DNA of 64,000 bases from NCBI RefSeq assembly GCF_009914755.1, contig NC_060936.1; one strand, given 5' to 3'. How positions within the stretch are numbered: the stretch's first letter is position 1; each line of letters begins with the position of its first letter. The position numbers and the translations under genes were made by a program. Shown one piece after another: positions 46,351-62,096 of the stretch. This DNA is from the human T2T-CHM13v2.0 reference genome, Homo sapiens. The notes beneath the pieces were generated by a model. It was given only the letters and a program-made list of their open reading frames with translations. It did no database searches and was not told the DNA's origin.

Positions 46351-47403
46351 CTTAAACAGAAGAAAAATTGTTACTGAGAACAAAACAGAAACACAGGCAT
46401 TTTGGCCCACAGGTGAGAGTATATGCTATGTTGGGCATGTGGGTGAGTCGTACATATTGTAGTCAGATCTTGCCTACATTTCAGGCCATTTAACTTTAAG
46501 GGCATATGGACTAGAGATATGGTATAAATTAAAACAAAACAAACCAGGTGGTGACTTCTAGATGCTTGCCACATGGACCCTGATAGGCATGTAAAATGAA
46601 ATCTTCATAAATGATGAATAAATCGTTGTCATTTAGCTTATGAAAAAGGCCCAGAAAATGTATATACGAGGTTCCAGCTCCTCCCAGTGTGGCCTATCTC
46701 ATTGCAGCCACCATCCCATAACAACCCTCTCTGGGTCTCTTTACATCCTCTGTACCCTCCTTTAGGTTCTCAGTTCTCTTGTGCTCTTTTTTATAAAATC
46801 TGTATTGGTACAACTTCATTTAGGGAGAGAAGTGTTAACAGTCACTCCTATCACTGTATAGATTAGTCATGCTGCCACCTATCCCAATAGCTTTGCTATT
46901 TTTTGGAGAATGAAGACTGTTGCCACATTGGGAGACCTTTAAGCATTAATGAGCAGGTAAGGAAAGATGTGCAAAGGGTGGGTTGCCTCAGAAATGATGA
47001 CATCTAGGCAATTCTATTTGTGGTTGAAGCTTATCGCTGCTCTTTTTCACTCCTTTCAAAAGACAAACAGAACTTCTGTTGGGTGCCCTTGGAATATGTT
47101 CCCACGTGGCTCCCCTCACCTTTAGGTCTCTGCTGAAATGCCTTCTCCTATCTAAAGCAGTTGCTTGTCCTGCCAAGTCACTATCATGACACATCATTTT
47201 TTTCATAGAATTTAAGGCATTCCCAGATCATCTCCCTTTGATGATCTGTCCTTGTCCTCTTCCCTCCCCGCTATTGCAGAGTTCTCTGAGGGCAGGGCCC
47301 TTGACTGTCTTGTTCACCGTCACATTACAGCAGTGGGCCATGTGCCTGGCACAGAAGAGCACCTAAAACTATTGTCAAATGAGAAAAAAGAATTGAATAG
47401 GTG

Positions 47404-47709
47404 GGCTGACCGTGGTGGCTCACGCCTCTAATTCCAGCACTTTGGGAGGTCGAGGCAAGAGGATTGCTTTAGCCCAGGAGTTCAAGACCAGCCTGGGCAA
47501 TACAGGGAGGCCCCCATCTCTACAAAAAATAAAAATTAAAAAATTAAAAGTTTGCCATGCATGGTGTCGTGTGCCTGTAGTCCCAGCTACTCGGGAGGCT
47601 GAAGCAAGAGGATCACTTGAGCCCAGGTGGTCGAGGCTGCAGGGAGCCATGATGGCATCACTGCACTCCAGCCTGGGCAACAGAGTGAGAACTCGTCCCC
47701 CCCAAAAAA
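47404..47709 (+). mobile_element. AluJo-type
   Basis: gcccaggagttc..ggatcacttgagcccagg; TSD gaatagg. Confidence 0.92.
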
Positions 47710-48256
47710 ATTTTTTTGAATAGGAGATAAAGGACTCAAATTATGGGAAAAGGGTAGATTCTGTTTTTTGTTTGCAGCCCAGAGAGATGTCTCTCACTTT
47801 CCTGGAACTCTGTGTTTTCACTTCATCTAGCGCTGTGTTTCTAATTCGCAGCAGTCACTGCCTGTTTGTTATATTTGTGGTTGCCCTTCTCTGCTCCTGC
47901 TCTCCTCTCCGTCTATTTCTTGTTAGAAAGCTGAAGGGTGTAGCTCGAATTAAACTATGATGGGTTATAGCCCTCTTGTACAGTTTGATGGCAAGAGGAG
48001 GAACCGCATTCATTTTTTACCAAGCCCTAGGAAGTAAATAAGTGGAGGCAAAAGAGCAGAAGCCAGTGCAAAAACTGGCCACAAATTAGTTATATATAAT
48101 CAAAGGTGTGATTTAGGGTCAAACAGCCTGAAAGTCACAAATGCCATATAAGCTACATCCTGAATAGAATAGGAAACTAAGGACCAACCAAGGAAAAGCC
48201 AGTGAATACCGGGACAATTCCCCCACGATTCATTACTGCTTGGGTCTTGGTCTTAC

Positions 48257-48520
48257 CTGTTCTACCAAATATGAAAGACTCATTAGACAGCTCCCCACTG
48301 TGAGTTACAATCACCATCTTGTACATTCTGCCTTGTAGCAAGTTCTGGAAAGAGAAGCTCTGGACTAGTGGGTCAACTTGAGCTCTCTCCTGGAGATTCC
48401 CATCTGGGTTGTACAAAAAGATGTTGTACCAGCTGAGCTCCCCCTCTGAGGCGGTCCAGCGGAAGGACAGGTGCCTGGTGGAGTTCTCTGTGATCCTCAG
48501 GTCGGTGACAGCTGCTGGGA
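48257..48520 (-). CDS. PTPRB: PTPRB exon 6/24, FN3 repeat, VPAAVTDLRITEN...FGRT
   Basis: tccag|TCCC acceptor, CAG|gtaaga donor, 264 nt. Confidence 0.95.
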
Positions 48521-48849
48521 CTGGAAAAGTCGAGGAGCAAGAGAATGAGGGAGGGAAATGCAGTGAGGAGAAGAGAGCAGGTGGGAAAGAAAGGGAAAAG
48601 CAAACAGAAAGAGGAAGTTGGATTCAGTGATACGGGAAACAGTAACAATAGGAAAAGCCAAAAGCACTTTACAAAAATCTTCATGTTAGAATTTTGCAAA
48701 CCCTTTTGGACTTCTGTGCTACCTCTTGGCAAGGTCAAGTGCTGCTAGCAACTGCCTCCTTGCAAACTGCTGGCACAGATGCTGCCTGATTCCTCAGAAG
48801 TCTTAAGATGCCAGTAGAAACAGAACAGGACATCTGCCTTGATTTCGCC

Positions 48850-51120
<2,271 letters not shown>

Positions 51121-51137
51121 TCAATCAATTAGGCCAA

Positions 51138-51622
51138 TGTGGTTGTCTGAATAATGGCCCCAAAGATGTCCATGTCCTAACCCCCAGAACCTGTGAATAT
51201 GTTACCTTCTGTGGCAAAAAGGGCTTTGTAGATGTGATTAAGTTAAGGATCTTGAGACGAAGGAATTATCCTGGATTGTCCGGTTGGTGACCAAGGTAAT
51301 CACAAGAGTCCTTAAAAGATGGAAGAGGGAGGCAGGAGAGCAGAGAAAGAGATGTAAGGTCCCATGCAGAGATTGGAGCAATGTCACTGTTGGGAGGGGG
51401 ACACGAGCCAAGGAATGTGGGCGGCCTCAGAAGCTGAAAAAGGCAAGGAGTGGATTCTCCCTCTAAAGTGTCTACAAGAAACACAGCCCTGTTGTCTTGA
51501 TTTCAGTCCCAAAAAACCATTTTCAGATTCTAATCTTCAGGACTAGAAAATAATAAATTTGGGTGGTATTAAGCCACTAAGATTGTGATAGTTTATTATA
51601 GCAGCAATAGGAAGCTAATAGC
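51138..51622 (+). mobile_element. MLT1D-like MaLR solo LTR
   Basis: tgtgg..gaataatggccccaaagatgtcc...gcagcaataggaagctaata. Confidence 0.88.
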
Positions 51623-51840
51623 ACCAATATTAATGAAAAATCAGAAACAGAGTGTGGTGGGCTGAGTCCTGCGTGGATAGGGCAACTGACATGGAAGTGG
51701 CAAATCAGGGTGAATGTTCCCAGCGTATCAAGAGATAGATATCATCTCCCAATGTTGCTTCATCCCTCTCACCCTGGGGTTCTTACACAATAGCAGACAT
51801 TGGCAATATGTGCTACAAAACATTATGCTGTGCTAATTAC

Positions 51841-52110
51841 CTGTTCGGCCTTCAGTCTGGGCTTCCTTGCTAAAGAGGCCTCCACTGACAGTTAGGATCT
51901 GTATCTTGTATTTCTTGCCTGGTGTTAGATCTTCAAATTTGTGTTGCTTAGTGGTGGCTGGCTCTGATGTGTTGCGCAGAAGGATTCCATTTTCAGTTAG
52001 AAGCAGGATATCATATCTTTCTGCCACACCAGCAGCTTTTTGCCAACTTACTATTAAGGAATAACTGCTGTATGCATTGTCTGCAATTACTCCTTGGACA
52101 GATGCTGGAA
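51841..52110 (-). CDS. PTPRB: PTPRB exon 5/24, FN3 repeat, VPASVQGVIADN...EGRT
   Basis: tgcag|TTCC acceptor, CAG|gtaatt donor, 270 nt. Confidence 0.95.
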
Positions 52111-53258
52111 CTGCAGAGAGACAAGTGGAGCAACAAAATACAGATTTTATCACTTAGGGTAAAGTCATCAATTGAGAAAAACTCCTGAATCAACTGCAGG
52201 TAGAAGATGATGCATTTGCTTTATTTGTGTGTCATTGACACTTTCTGTGTGCCCTTATGGAGAAAAGAGGAGAAAGGATTTGTTGGCTTAACCTGTCTGT
52301 ACAACTACTTTGATTCTCCATTTTTTCTCTGATTTTAAATAGGATCTCAGATAGAAAAGTTAGTGAAAATGGCCCTGATAAATATGCAGAGTGGTGCATA
52401 CCTATGAATCTAGAAAGTGAAGAATGCTGAGCAAGTTCATGTTCAGTGAATGTGGGTTTGACAGCTGAATTATGTCTCTTGTTTAGACTTTTATTACTAA
52501 CATTAACTAAGGTCAAAACTTCAAGACTTGACTTCAGCAGTAGTGGATACTAGTATTTGTTCTATAGCTCCTGAGGTGAAAGGCAAAATAGTATTATTGT
52601 TATTATAATAATATTTTCTGTACTAGGTTCATTTCTTTTCTCATTCTACATAATCTTCCTAGATTTCGTCTATGTCCATGGTTTGAAGTGTCATCCATAA
52701 GGTGACAACTCCCAAATTTAAACTTTCAGTTTAGATGTTTCTCCTGCTTTTGCAAATTACATCTCTCCCTGAATGTACCACAGACATCCAACACTCAAGA
52801 CGTCCAAATTGGACTCCTCATCTCCCTCCCCCAATATTCTCATTGTTTTTTTGTTTCTATCTCTTGGTTCAAGTCAGAAACTTCAGTTATCACTCTCACC
52901 CTTGTATATATAATCAAATACGAGTTTTATTTCTGTATCCTAAATCTTCTATCTCTTGAATCTAGCCACTCCCTCTTTGTGTACTGCTACTACCTCAGGA
53001 CCACATCATACCCTTTAGCAAGTATAAATGAGACCATACATTATTGCAACTGCCTATTGACCAGTCACTTGTGTCCTTACCTCCTACTCTTTCAATCTGC
53101 AGACTCTATCTAGCATATTTTCATAGCACTCCCATGCTAATGGCCCTATAGTGGCTCTCCATAATTCCAAAACACCTTCACAGGCAAACAAAGCTCTTTG
53201 TGATTTGGTCTCTCTACTTACCTGGCCACATGCCTCACATTTTTTATTCTAGTATACT

Positions 53259-54015
<757 letters not shown>

Positions 54016-54461
54016 CTAACACAGGATTTGTCATAGGGTTAAAGATATGCAGATATAGATATAAATATAGATATGAAATAGAGGCATAGTAGGGCATGGT
54101 ATAGAAGCCCCAGACCCCACAACTAAATAAGTGGTCATGAGAATGGGAGACATCTAAGAAGTATTGTGTCACAGTGGAGAGGGCACGAGGTTTGGGGCCA
54201 GACAGACCTAGACTTGAATTATAGCTTTAGGTCTTGTTATATACGTATCCTTGATACTGTTTTACAAGCTTTCTGAACTGTTCTTTCCTCATCTGTAAGA
54301 GAACTATAGTATGGCTAGAGATCTTTCAAAAATAATACATGAATAGTGATATTGATATAAACAGATATATTATTCATACATTTGATACTTGTTTTTTTAG
54401 CTCTACCAGGTAAAGTAGATGGCACAGATGTGTACTCTTTCTTAAAAGGTAGAACTTTTGA

Positions 54462-54809
<348 letters not shown>

Positions 54810-55080
54810 TGCTTGTTAAAATTTAAAATTTTATTATCCTTTAGCAAGTATAAAAATGTGTTCAAATGATTTGGTTTCTGATTCCCTTTCATTTGTTTTG
54901 CAGATCTCTATTAAGAGAAAAATACAAAGAATAAATGAGTAAGGCTCTTGAAACCATTGAATTGTACAAACTTTGGTGGTTTTAAATCTGGATTTGTGAA
55001 TAGCTGAGCCCGTTCACTGTCCCATTTTGGAGAACCATGAGGCATTCTACAATCTAGCCCTTCTCCAGGTGGATGCTTAC

Positions 55081-55344
55081 CTGTCCGCCCAACCACATTT
55101 ATCTGATTCTTCAGGGACCCGCTGACTGAGGCAATCATGATCTGGTACTGCTCCCCGGCCTCCAGTCTGTGGAACGTGTGCTCAAAGACGTGCTTGGGAA
55201 TAGTCTGAGAGTCAACCTTTTGACTGTGCCTGAATGCCGACACCGTGTAGGAATCAACGTCTCCCCCACCAGGAGTCCAGTTCACCGTCAGGCTATCTGT
55301 TGCTCCATTGGGAGAAATGTGAATATTTTTGACAGCACTAGGAA
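55081..55344 (-). CDS. PTPRB: PTPRB exon 4/24, FN3 repeat, VPSAVKNIHISP...VGRT
   Basis: tttag|TTCC acceptor, CAG|gtaagc donor, 264 nt. Confidence 0.95.
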
Positions 55345-55743
55345 CTAAAACAGAAAATAAATTTAAAAGTCATCACTTAGAGAATGAACTGTTGAAATTT
55401 TCAAACAAAGTTTTGAATGCTTCTGATGTTTTGGCACCCACTGAGAGAACTCACATGAAAAAGAAAGTAACAATTTGCCACTTTTCTCTGATTTTTCTGT
55501 GTGAACTAAAGTTGATGGGGGAAAGCTTAGGGGGAAGTCAAAGCCGGTGAGTGGAAATGAGGAATGCTAATTATATAGCGAGGGGCTAGTTAGGGTGTCT
55601 TGGTCCAAGTTTTGGTTTTCTCACTCACTAGCTGTGGGACTACAGGCAAATTACTTGACCTCTGTAAGTTTTAGTTTCTTCATTAGGAAAAATGGCAGTG
55701 ATGATAATACTAACCAGCCCATAGAGTTGTGAAGATTGATTCT

Positions 55744-56020
<277 letters not shown>

Positions 56021-56431
56021 TGTGAAGACTGAACAAGATGTAGACATAAAATGCTTTGCTGTGGGTCTGGTTCATGGTGAACTGTCAGTACATGTTAACT
56101 ACTATGGCAACACTCCTAAAAGAGTTCTAAAGAAGTGATACCCAAGTAACACTTAATTCTTAATCTGTGTGCCTCAGAAGCACCAGCTGATCACATCAGT
56201 TCATTGCTATTTCTCTGAAAGCACCCTCCAACCCCGCCACTCTCTGCTGACATCATACTTTATTTTCATTCATCCAGGTTGGACAACATCATTGTCACTA
56301 TCAACATGACTTTGTCCCTTCTTGCTGTCTCCCTTTTATCCCTCCAAATGCTCAATCGAAATACCTGAACTACCCGAAAGTTAAATGCACCACTGCATCT
56401 ATTCAGGTTCAAGAACAGTATTTCACATTAC

Positions 56432-56695
56432 CTGTGAAGCCCTCAATGAAGGCTGACTGCTGTACATCCCCGCTAATCGTCAAGACAAGAATTTTGTATT
56501 GGCGGCCTGGTGTTAGGGAAGTAAATCGATACTCGGTTGCGGTATTTACAAGGTGAAAAGGAGGAAATACTTTCATGTCATTGAAGAGCAGCTGGATCTC
56601 ATATTGGTCGACATCCCCATTAGCTCCTGACCAAGTCACATGCAAGTCCTCAGTGCTCCTGTTGCGCAATGTTAGATCCTTAACAGGCTCTGGAA
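56432..56695 (-). CDS. PTPRB: PTPRB exon 3/24, FN3 repeat, IPEPVKDLTLRN...EGFT
   Basis: cctag|TTCC acceptor, CAG|gtaatg donor, 264 nt. Confidence 0.95.
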
Positions 56696-57229
56696 CTAGG
56701 GAGAAAAATGAGAAGACATTTCAGGAAAGGAACTGATCAGAGTTTACCTACATAATAATTTATGAATCACATTCAAGGAACTGGCAACATCTCCCTTCCC
56801 CAAATAAACCACTAGCACTACTTCATGCATAATTAAACAAGAAAAATTGGAAGCAACTATTAACATTGTGGTTTTTTCCTGACATAAATGTTACATGATC
56901 AGCATTGGTAGAACATAATTATAAAATGAGTTATGATCTCAATCATAAGATAAAACAAGAAGTCTAGAATCTAAATGCCATGATGCAGGAAGATAGGGAA
57001 GAAAAATGGGACATTTAGCCTTCTTGCTCCCTCACTATGTTTGCTTTTATCTACCAATAAATATTCTGTAATTATAGGCCATGGCTTGGCTGAATGATGT
57101 TAGCACCAAGTGAGACTTACTGGGAATGTAATGTACTAATGAATAAGCAGAAAAAATTCAAGGTTCAGATAAATTACTAGAGACTTTCAAGTCCAACCAA
57201 CTGTCAGATTTTGCAATCGTTCCACTTAC

Positions 57230-57493
57230 TTGTTCTCCCATTCCCTTGTTCATTGGCTTCATATTGTCCACTTTTTGTAGTAACAGTGACACTGTACAAC
57301 CGTCCAGGGACTAGCTGAACAAATACACATTCGTTTTCTGACTTGGGAATGCTTTTAGTTTGAATGAAGTTGTTTTTGTTTTTAATGGTGACTTCATAGT
57401 GATCAAAGTCTCCAGTGGCATGCACCCAGGATACCCTTAAATAGTCACTCCTGGCTGAGTTGCTAACACTGACTCCCTGGACTTTGTCAGGCA
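57230..57493 (-). CDS. PTPRB: PTPRB exon 2/24, FN3 repeat, VPDKVQGVSV...NGRT
   Basis: ttcag|TGCC acceptor, CAA|gtaagt donor, 264 nt, phase 1-1. Confidence 0.95.
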
Positions 57494-57891
57494 CTGAAAA
57501 GGAAACAGAGAGTAACTAAATATTTATGAATTCTGAGTGAGTAATTGATCACAGATGACAAGCTGGGACAATAAAAAGAGAGAGTAGATTATTATTGTGT
57601 GCATTTAAAAGAAAAATCTTAGACCTTAGGTTACAAATTTCTGGAGGGGAAAGATTGTTACACTATGTGGAGTGATTAAACGGATCTTTTAACAGAAGCT
57701 GATGAACTCATTCTAAGCCTGCTGTTTGCCTGCACAAAGTGTCATGTATAAGATGGAACATTAAACATGATGGCTGATGATTAATATGAGTGATGGTAAA
57801 CGATATAGATAATTCCAACATACCTTGCTGACTCAAAAGTTACTAAGAAGAATATAAGCAATCCCCCAACCCGCCCCCCTCAAAAAAATGA

Positions 57892-58220
57892 GGCTATGCA
57901 TGGTGGCTCACACCTGTAATCCTAACACTTTGGGAGGCTGAGGAGGGCAGATCACTTGAGGTCAGAAGTTTGAGAACAGCCTGGCCAACATGGTGAAACC
58001 CCGTCTCTACTAAAAAATACAAAAATTAGCTGGGCATGGTGGTGCACACCTGTAGTTCCAGCTACTCGGGAGGCTGAGATGGAAGAATCACTTGAACCCA
58101 GGAGGCACAGGTTGCAGTGAACCAAGATCACATCATGCCCCTGCACTCCAGCCTGGGTGATGGAGCAAGACTCCATCTCATAAAAAAAAAAAAAAAAAGA
58201 AAAGAAAAGGAAAAAGAAAA
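57892..58220 (+). mobile_element. AluS-type followed by L1ME-like fragment (about 58230-58860)
   Basis: Alu consensus; then gaaatgcaagtcaaaaccacagtgaaatac L1 text. Confidence 0.9.
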
Positions 58221-58890
58221 ATGGAAGAAGAAACACATATGGTTATTTGCATAATAAATGAAGAGATTTTCCACATCACTGGTGATCAAGGAAATGCAAG
58301 TCAAAACCACAGTGAAATACTGTTTTACATCCATTTGACTGGCAAAATTAAAAAACTATATAAAAACCACGTGTAGAAGAATATATACAGGAGACTGGAT
58401 AATGAATACATACATATACACACATACACACACACAGTGAAATATTATATAATAGTTATAATTAATTCCTTAACTCAAAACACAAAAATATGGATTTCTT
58501 GTCCTTAACATCAAAATACAAAATATGGATGAATCTTACCTGTATAATAAGTAAAACATCTAAGTCCCTAAGATATTAAATACTACATTAAAAATACCTT
58601 TTTAAATAATGTTAAAAACAACAAAAAATTTTGAAACCCATAATTTTAGGCCTGTATATAAATGCAATAAAACTATGCAAGATGGAAAGCAAGGGAGAGG
58701 TGAACATAGGAGTCAAGATGTTGGCTACCTTTGAGTGAATTCACGAGGTGGGGACCACATACTTTGATGTAGGTTATTGTCAAGGTCCTAGCTTTTATTT
58801 TAGGTACTGGTTGGTTTCTTGTGTACATGTTAAATTATCAAAAATTACTAACTAGATGCCTAAAAAGTAAAGGTGGCAGTTGATGCATGG

Positions 58891-58896
58891 TTTCTT

Positions 58897-58928
<32 letters not shown>

Positions 58929-59181
58929 TTGAGACAGAATCTCACTCTCTTGCCCGGGCTGGAGTGCAGTGGTGCGATCTTGGCTCACTGGAACCTCTGC
59001 CTTCTGGTTCAAGCGATTCTCCTGCCTCAGCCTCCCAAGTAGCTGGGATTACAGGTGCCTGCCACTACACCTAGCTAATTTTTTGTATTTTTAGTAGAGA
59101 TGGGATTTCACCATGTTGGCCAGGCTGGTCTCAAACTCCTGACCTCATGATTCTCCCGCCTCGGCCTCCCAAAGTGCTGGG
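58891..59181 (-). mobile_element. AluS-type, slightly 5'-truncated
   Basis: TSD gatgcatggtttctt. Confidence 0.93.
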
Positions 59182-60736
59182 GATGCATGGTTTCTTGAAC
59201 CAAGAATTATGATTAATACAATTTTGTGCATGTGAGGTTCTTTCTAATATATGAACGAAACCATTCTGTATATCTGTGGTCCCCTCCCCAACCAGTAAAT
59301 AAATATATGCATGTTACTTAGGAACACTGTGGAATAAGGCAATTCTGTATTTAGAGCATGATATTAAGGAGATTTCATTTTTCCATTTGGGGCTGAATTT
59401 TAATTCAACAGTAGGCCACAGATTCATTACTATTTCACGGTAACTGGACATTATACATATTAATGAGGAGGAGCATTGAAAAGAGGCATGAACTCGGATC
59501 CAGGGTACTAAACTCTTGTCCTAATACTAGCATGTCCTCTGTATTTGGTATATATTAGGGGTTTCTGATCTGACCACATGCCAAGGCTGTGTCCAATTTT
59601 TCACCTCTACTTTTTCTCAAATCATGAAATGATCCAGAAATTTCAGTATTTTGGCATGGAAGCTCCATTTTCTCACACCTGCAAGTTGCATTAGCATCCT
59701 TTGTTGCCTTGTGTTTACTGATTAGTGTTTGGAATATAGCTCACCACAGATATGGAGCAAGGACAGATATGCTTTCTCCAAGATATTTACCTAAAACCAA
59801 TTACAGTGTTGTTAGAATACAGTCATCACAGAGTTAAGGAGAGGAAATTATGAAGTGGCATTTTATGCATGGGCTAAGAAAGGTCAATGATCCAGGCAAT
59901 TTGCTAAAGGCAAAGCAACTATTACAGGAAGAAAAACCTGGCTGAATATCACGTTAAGTCAATAAGGAGCTCTCCAGGTGGAACGGGGTAATTTGTGGAG
60001 ACCTGCCTTGCTACACAGTGAGATGATGTGATACAGAATTAGAAATATTGGTATTTTCACCCAAAATGTAGAACAAGAGCATCAGAAATGGAAAAGGGCA
60101 TTAAGATAATCAGCCAAAATCATCAAGAGAACAACTCAGACATGACCCTCCAGTTAAACTGATTTGTCAGGGGCAATGATTTGCCTCCATTAGTCGTGTA
60201 CCAAGTCCAAGTTCATGCCGGTCAAGGAGTCAAGAGGATGCACTGAATAAAGAATCACTTTCTTGCATTTTAAAACAATCTCAGCAAAAGACTTGGCAAT
60301 ATTAAAGTCATACGGATAGGAAATCATCATGAATTGACATTGGTAGGAAGCAAGGGGTTGGTAGTTAGGTAACACATCCTTTAATTTCTGGTGATTTTTA
60401 GGCTCCAAGTTGATCAATATGAGACCCTGACATAAGACTGCTTTGTAAATAGAAATCTGCTTTTCAGATCTAAGTCATTATTGTGATTGTCAGTGTAATT
60501 GGGCTTCAAATTATTCAAGGGTAGGGATAATCTCTTTATATCCCTGACTAGTGCTCTCGGATACAGCATGATGGAATGGACAGCACTGGAGCTAGACTGA
60601 ACTCCACTACCAGTCAGCCCTGCAACCCTGGAGAAGCCACACTCCTTCTCTGGGACTTCCTTTATATCCAAATGAGGAAACAGGATTAGATCATTCTAAG
60701 GACCCCTTCAATGTCAGCATCCTGTAACAATATAAA

Positions 60737-60918
60737 TCAGAGGTTCTTAGCTTTTTGGAGGTCACAGAAACCATAAGAATCTGATAAAAGCCATGGACTG
60801 TTTCTTCTCAAAGAAATGCATATACCTTTCCTATCCCCAGCAACCTCATAAACAATTTCAGGGGTTACTACATTCCTAAAGTCTCCCATGAACCATGGAC
60901 TCCCAGGTGGGACCCCTG
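60737..60918. mobile_element. hAT-Charlie-type MITE
   Basis: Imperfect terminal inverted ends cagaggttctt...gacccctg; internal gaatctgataaaagccatggac. Confidence 0.6.
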
Positions 60919-61349
60919 ATCTAAGTGATTTCTGATTATTCCTTTGCCAAGTATTTACTGAGTGCCTACTAAGCCCCAGGTCCTGCGCTAGGTAACAGGA
61001 TAAGGACAATTGTCTCAGAACCTCATGGAAAAACTGACATTTTAAAATACAGAAATCAACCCATAGCTTAGTAGGAAACATTTGACAATGTATTGATGCC
61101 AACCTTAAGCAGAAATCTCAGGTATAAACCCCAGAAAGCATAAATATATTGGGAAAATGGTAGCTATTTAAATTTAATTCTTTCCAGCACATTGGACTGA
61201 ACATTCATTTCCTTTGCTAAGATTTTTGCTCCCTAGTCCCAGAACCATAAAGGTTCACATTTTCACCTTGTGTGAAAAAGGATGAATAGTGGTTTTGACC
61301 AACAGACATTTCAGGATGGATTTTAGGATGGAGAGCTTTGTAGGCACTG

Positions 61350-61570
61350 GAGTCATTCAGAACTGGGTTTAAAACCAGGATCTGAAACACACTGGCTGTT
61401 TAACAAGGTAAACAGTTGGGCGAGTTACTTGACCTCCCTGAACCTTGGTTTCCTGATCTGTAAAATGGGAATAATAACAATGACTACCTCAATAAGGAGT
61501 TCATAAGGGTTAGTTATAGTTAAGATATATAAAGCCAGGCCCTAGCAACCAAAAAGTACTCCATAAACGG
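61350..61570 (+). mobile_element. MIR
   Basis: ttgggcgagttacttgacctc...ctgtaaaatgggaataataa. Confidence 0.75.
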
Positions 61571-61787
61571 GAACACTTTTTTCACTATTTGAATATAATA
61601 TAAATTCTAGTCACACAGGGTCTGCTCACATAAGGAGTTTCTTGGGTTAAAATACGAAGACTTCATAACAGTTTTGTGATCTCAAGGGCCTTTCATCCCA
61701 TCATTACAGAATTGCTACAGCTCTGTGGTGCCCTGAGCCACATGTGAATTGGTTCTTACGGAGCCCTGAACCTTCATACAGCCTTAC

Positions 61788-62051
61788 CTGTCCGCTCTTG
61801 GCTGAAGGAGTGATTTTCATACTTGCCACTCCTTGTAGTTATGGTCACGGTGTAGAGGCGGCCTGGGGTGAGGGAGCTGAAGGAACATTCTCTGACAGAC
61901 TTGGCAATGACAAGGGACTGAACCACCTTGCCGTCATGAGACAATGTTACCTCATAGTTATCCACATCTCCGGGCGCCAGCAGCCAGGAAACGCTGAGGT
62001 AGTCATTACGACCGGAATTGTTCACCGTTACTCCACTCACACTGGAAGGGA
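61788..62051 (-). CDS. PTPRB: PTPRB exon (1 of 24 in window), FN3 repeat (about 8th), VPSSVSGVTVNNSGRNDY...QERT
   Basis: cacag|TCCC acceptor, CAG|gtaagg donor, 264 nt, phase 1-1; ORF 61774..62040. Confidence 0.95.
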
Positions 62052-62065
62052 CTGTGATTTTGAAA

Positions 62066-62096
62066 GGTGGGGGGCGGGGGGGGGGGGGGAAGGGGG
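62066..62096 (+). repeat. G-run (G6-C-G14-AA-G5); poly-C pyrimidine tract of the exon acceptor on the minus strand
   Basis: ggtggggggcggggggggggggggaaggggg, 15-45 nt upstream of acceptor at 62051. Confidence 0.9.

Noticed and set aside
45926-46462. 178-aa plus-strand ORF (also 61744-62190 and 26335-26646)
   Set aside because: Antisense shadows of PTPRB exons; no independent homology or splice structure recognised.
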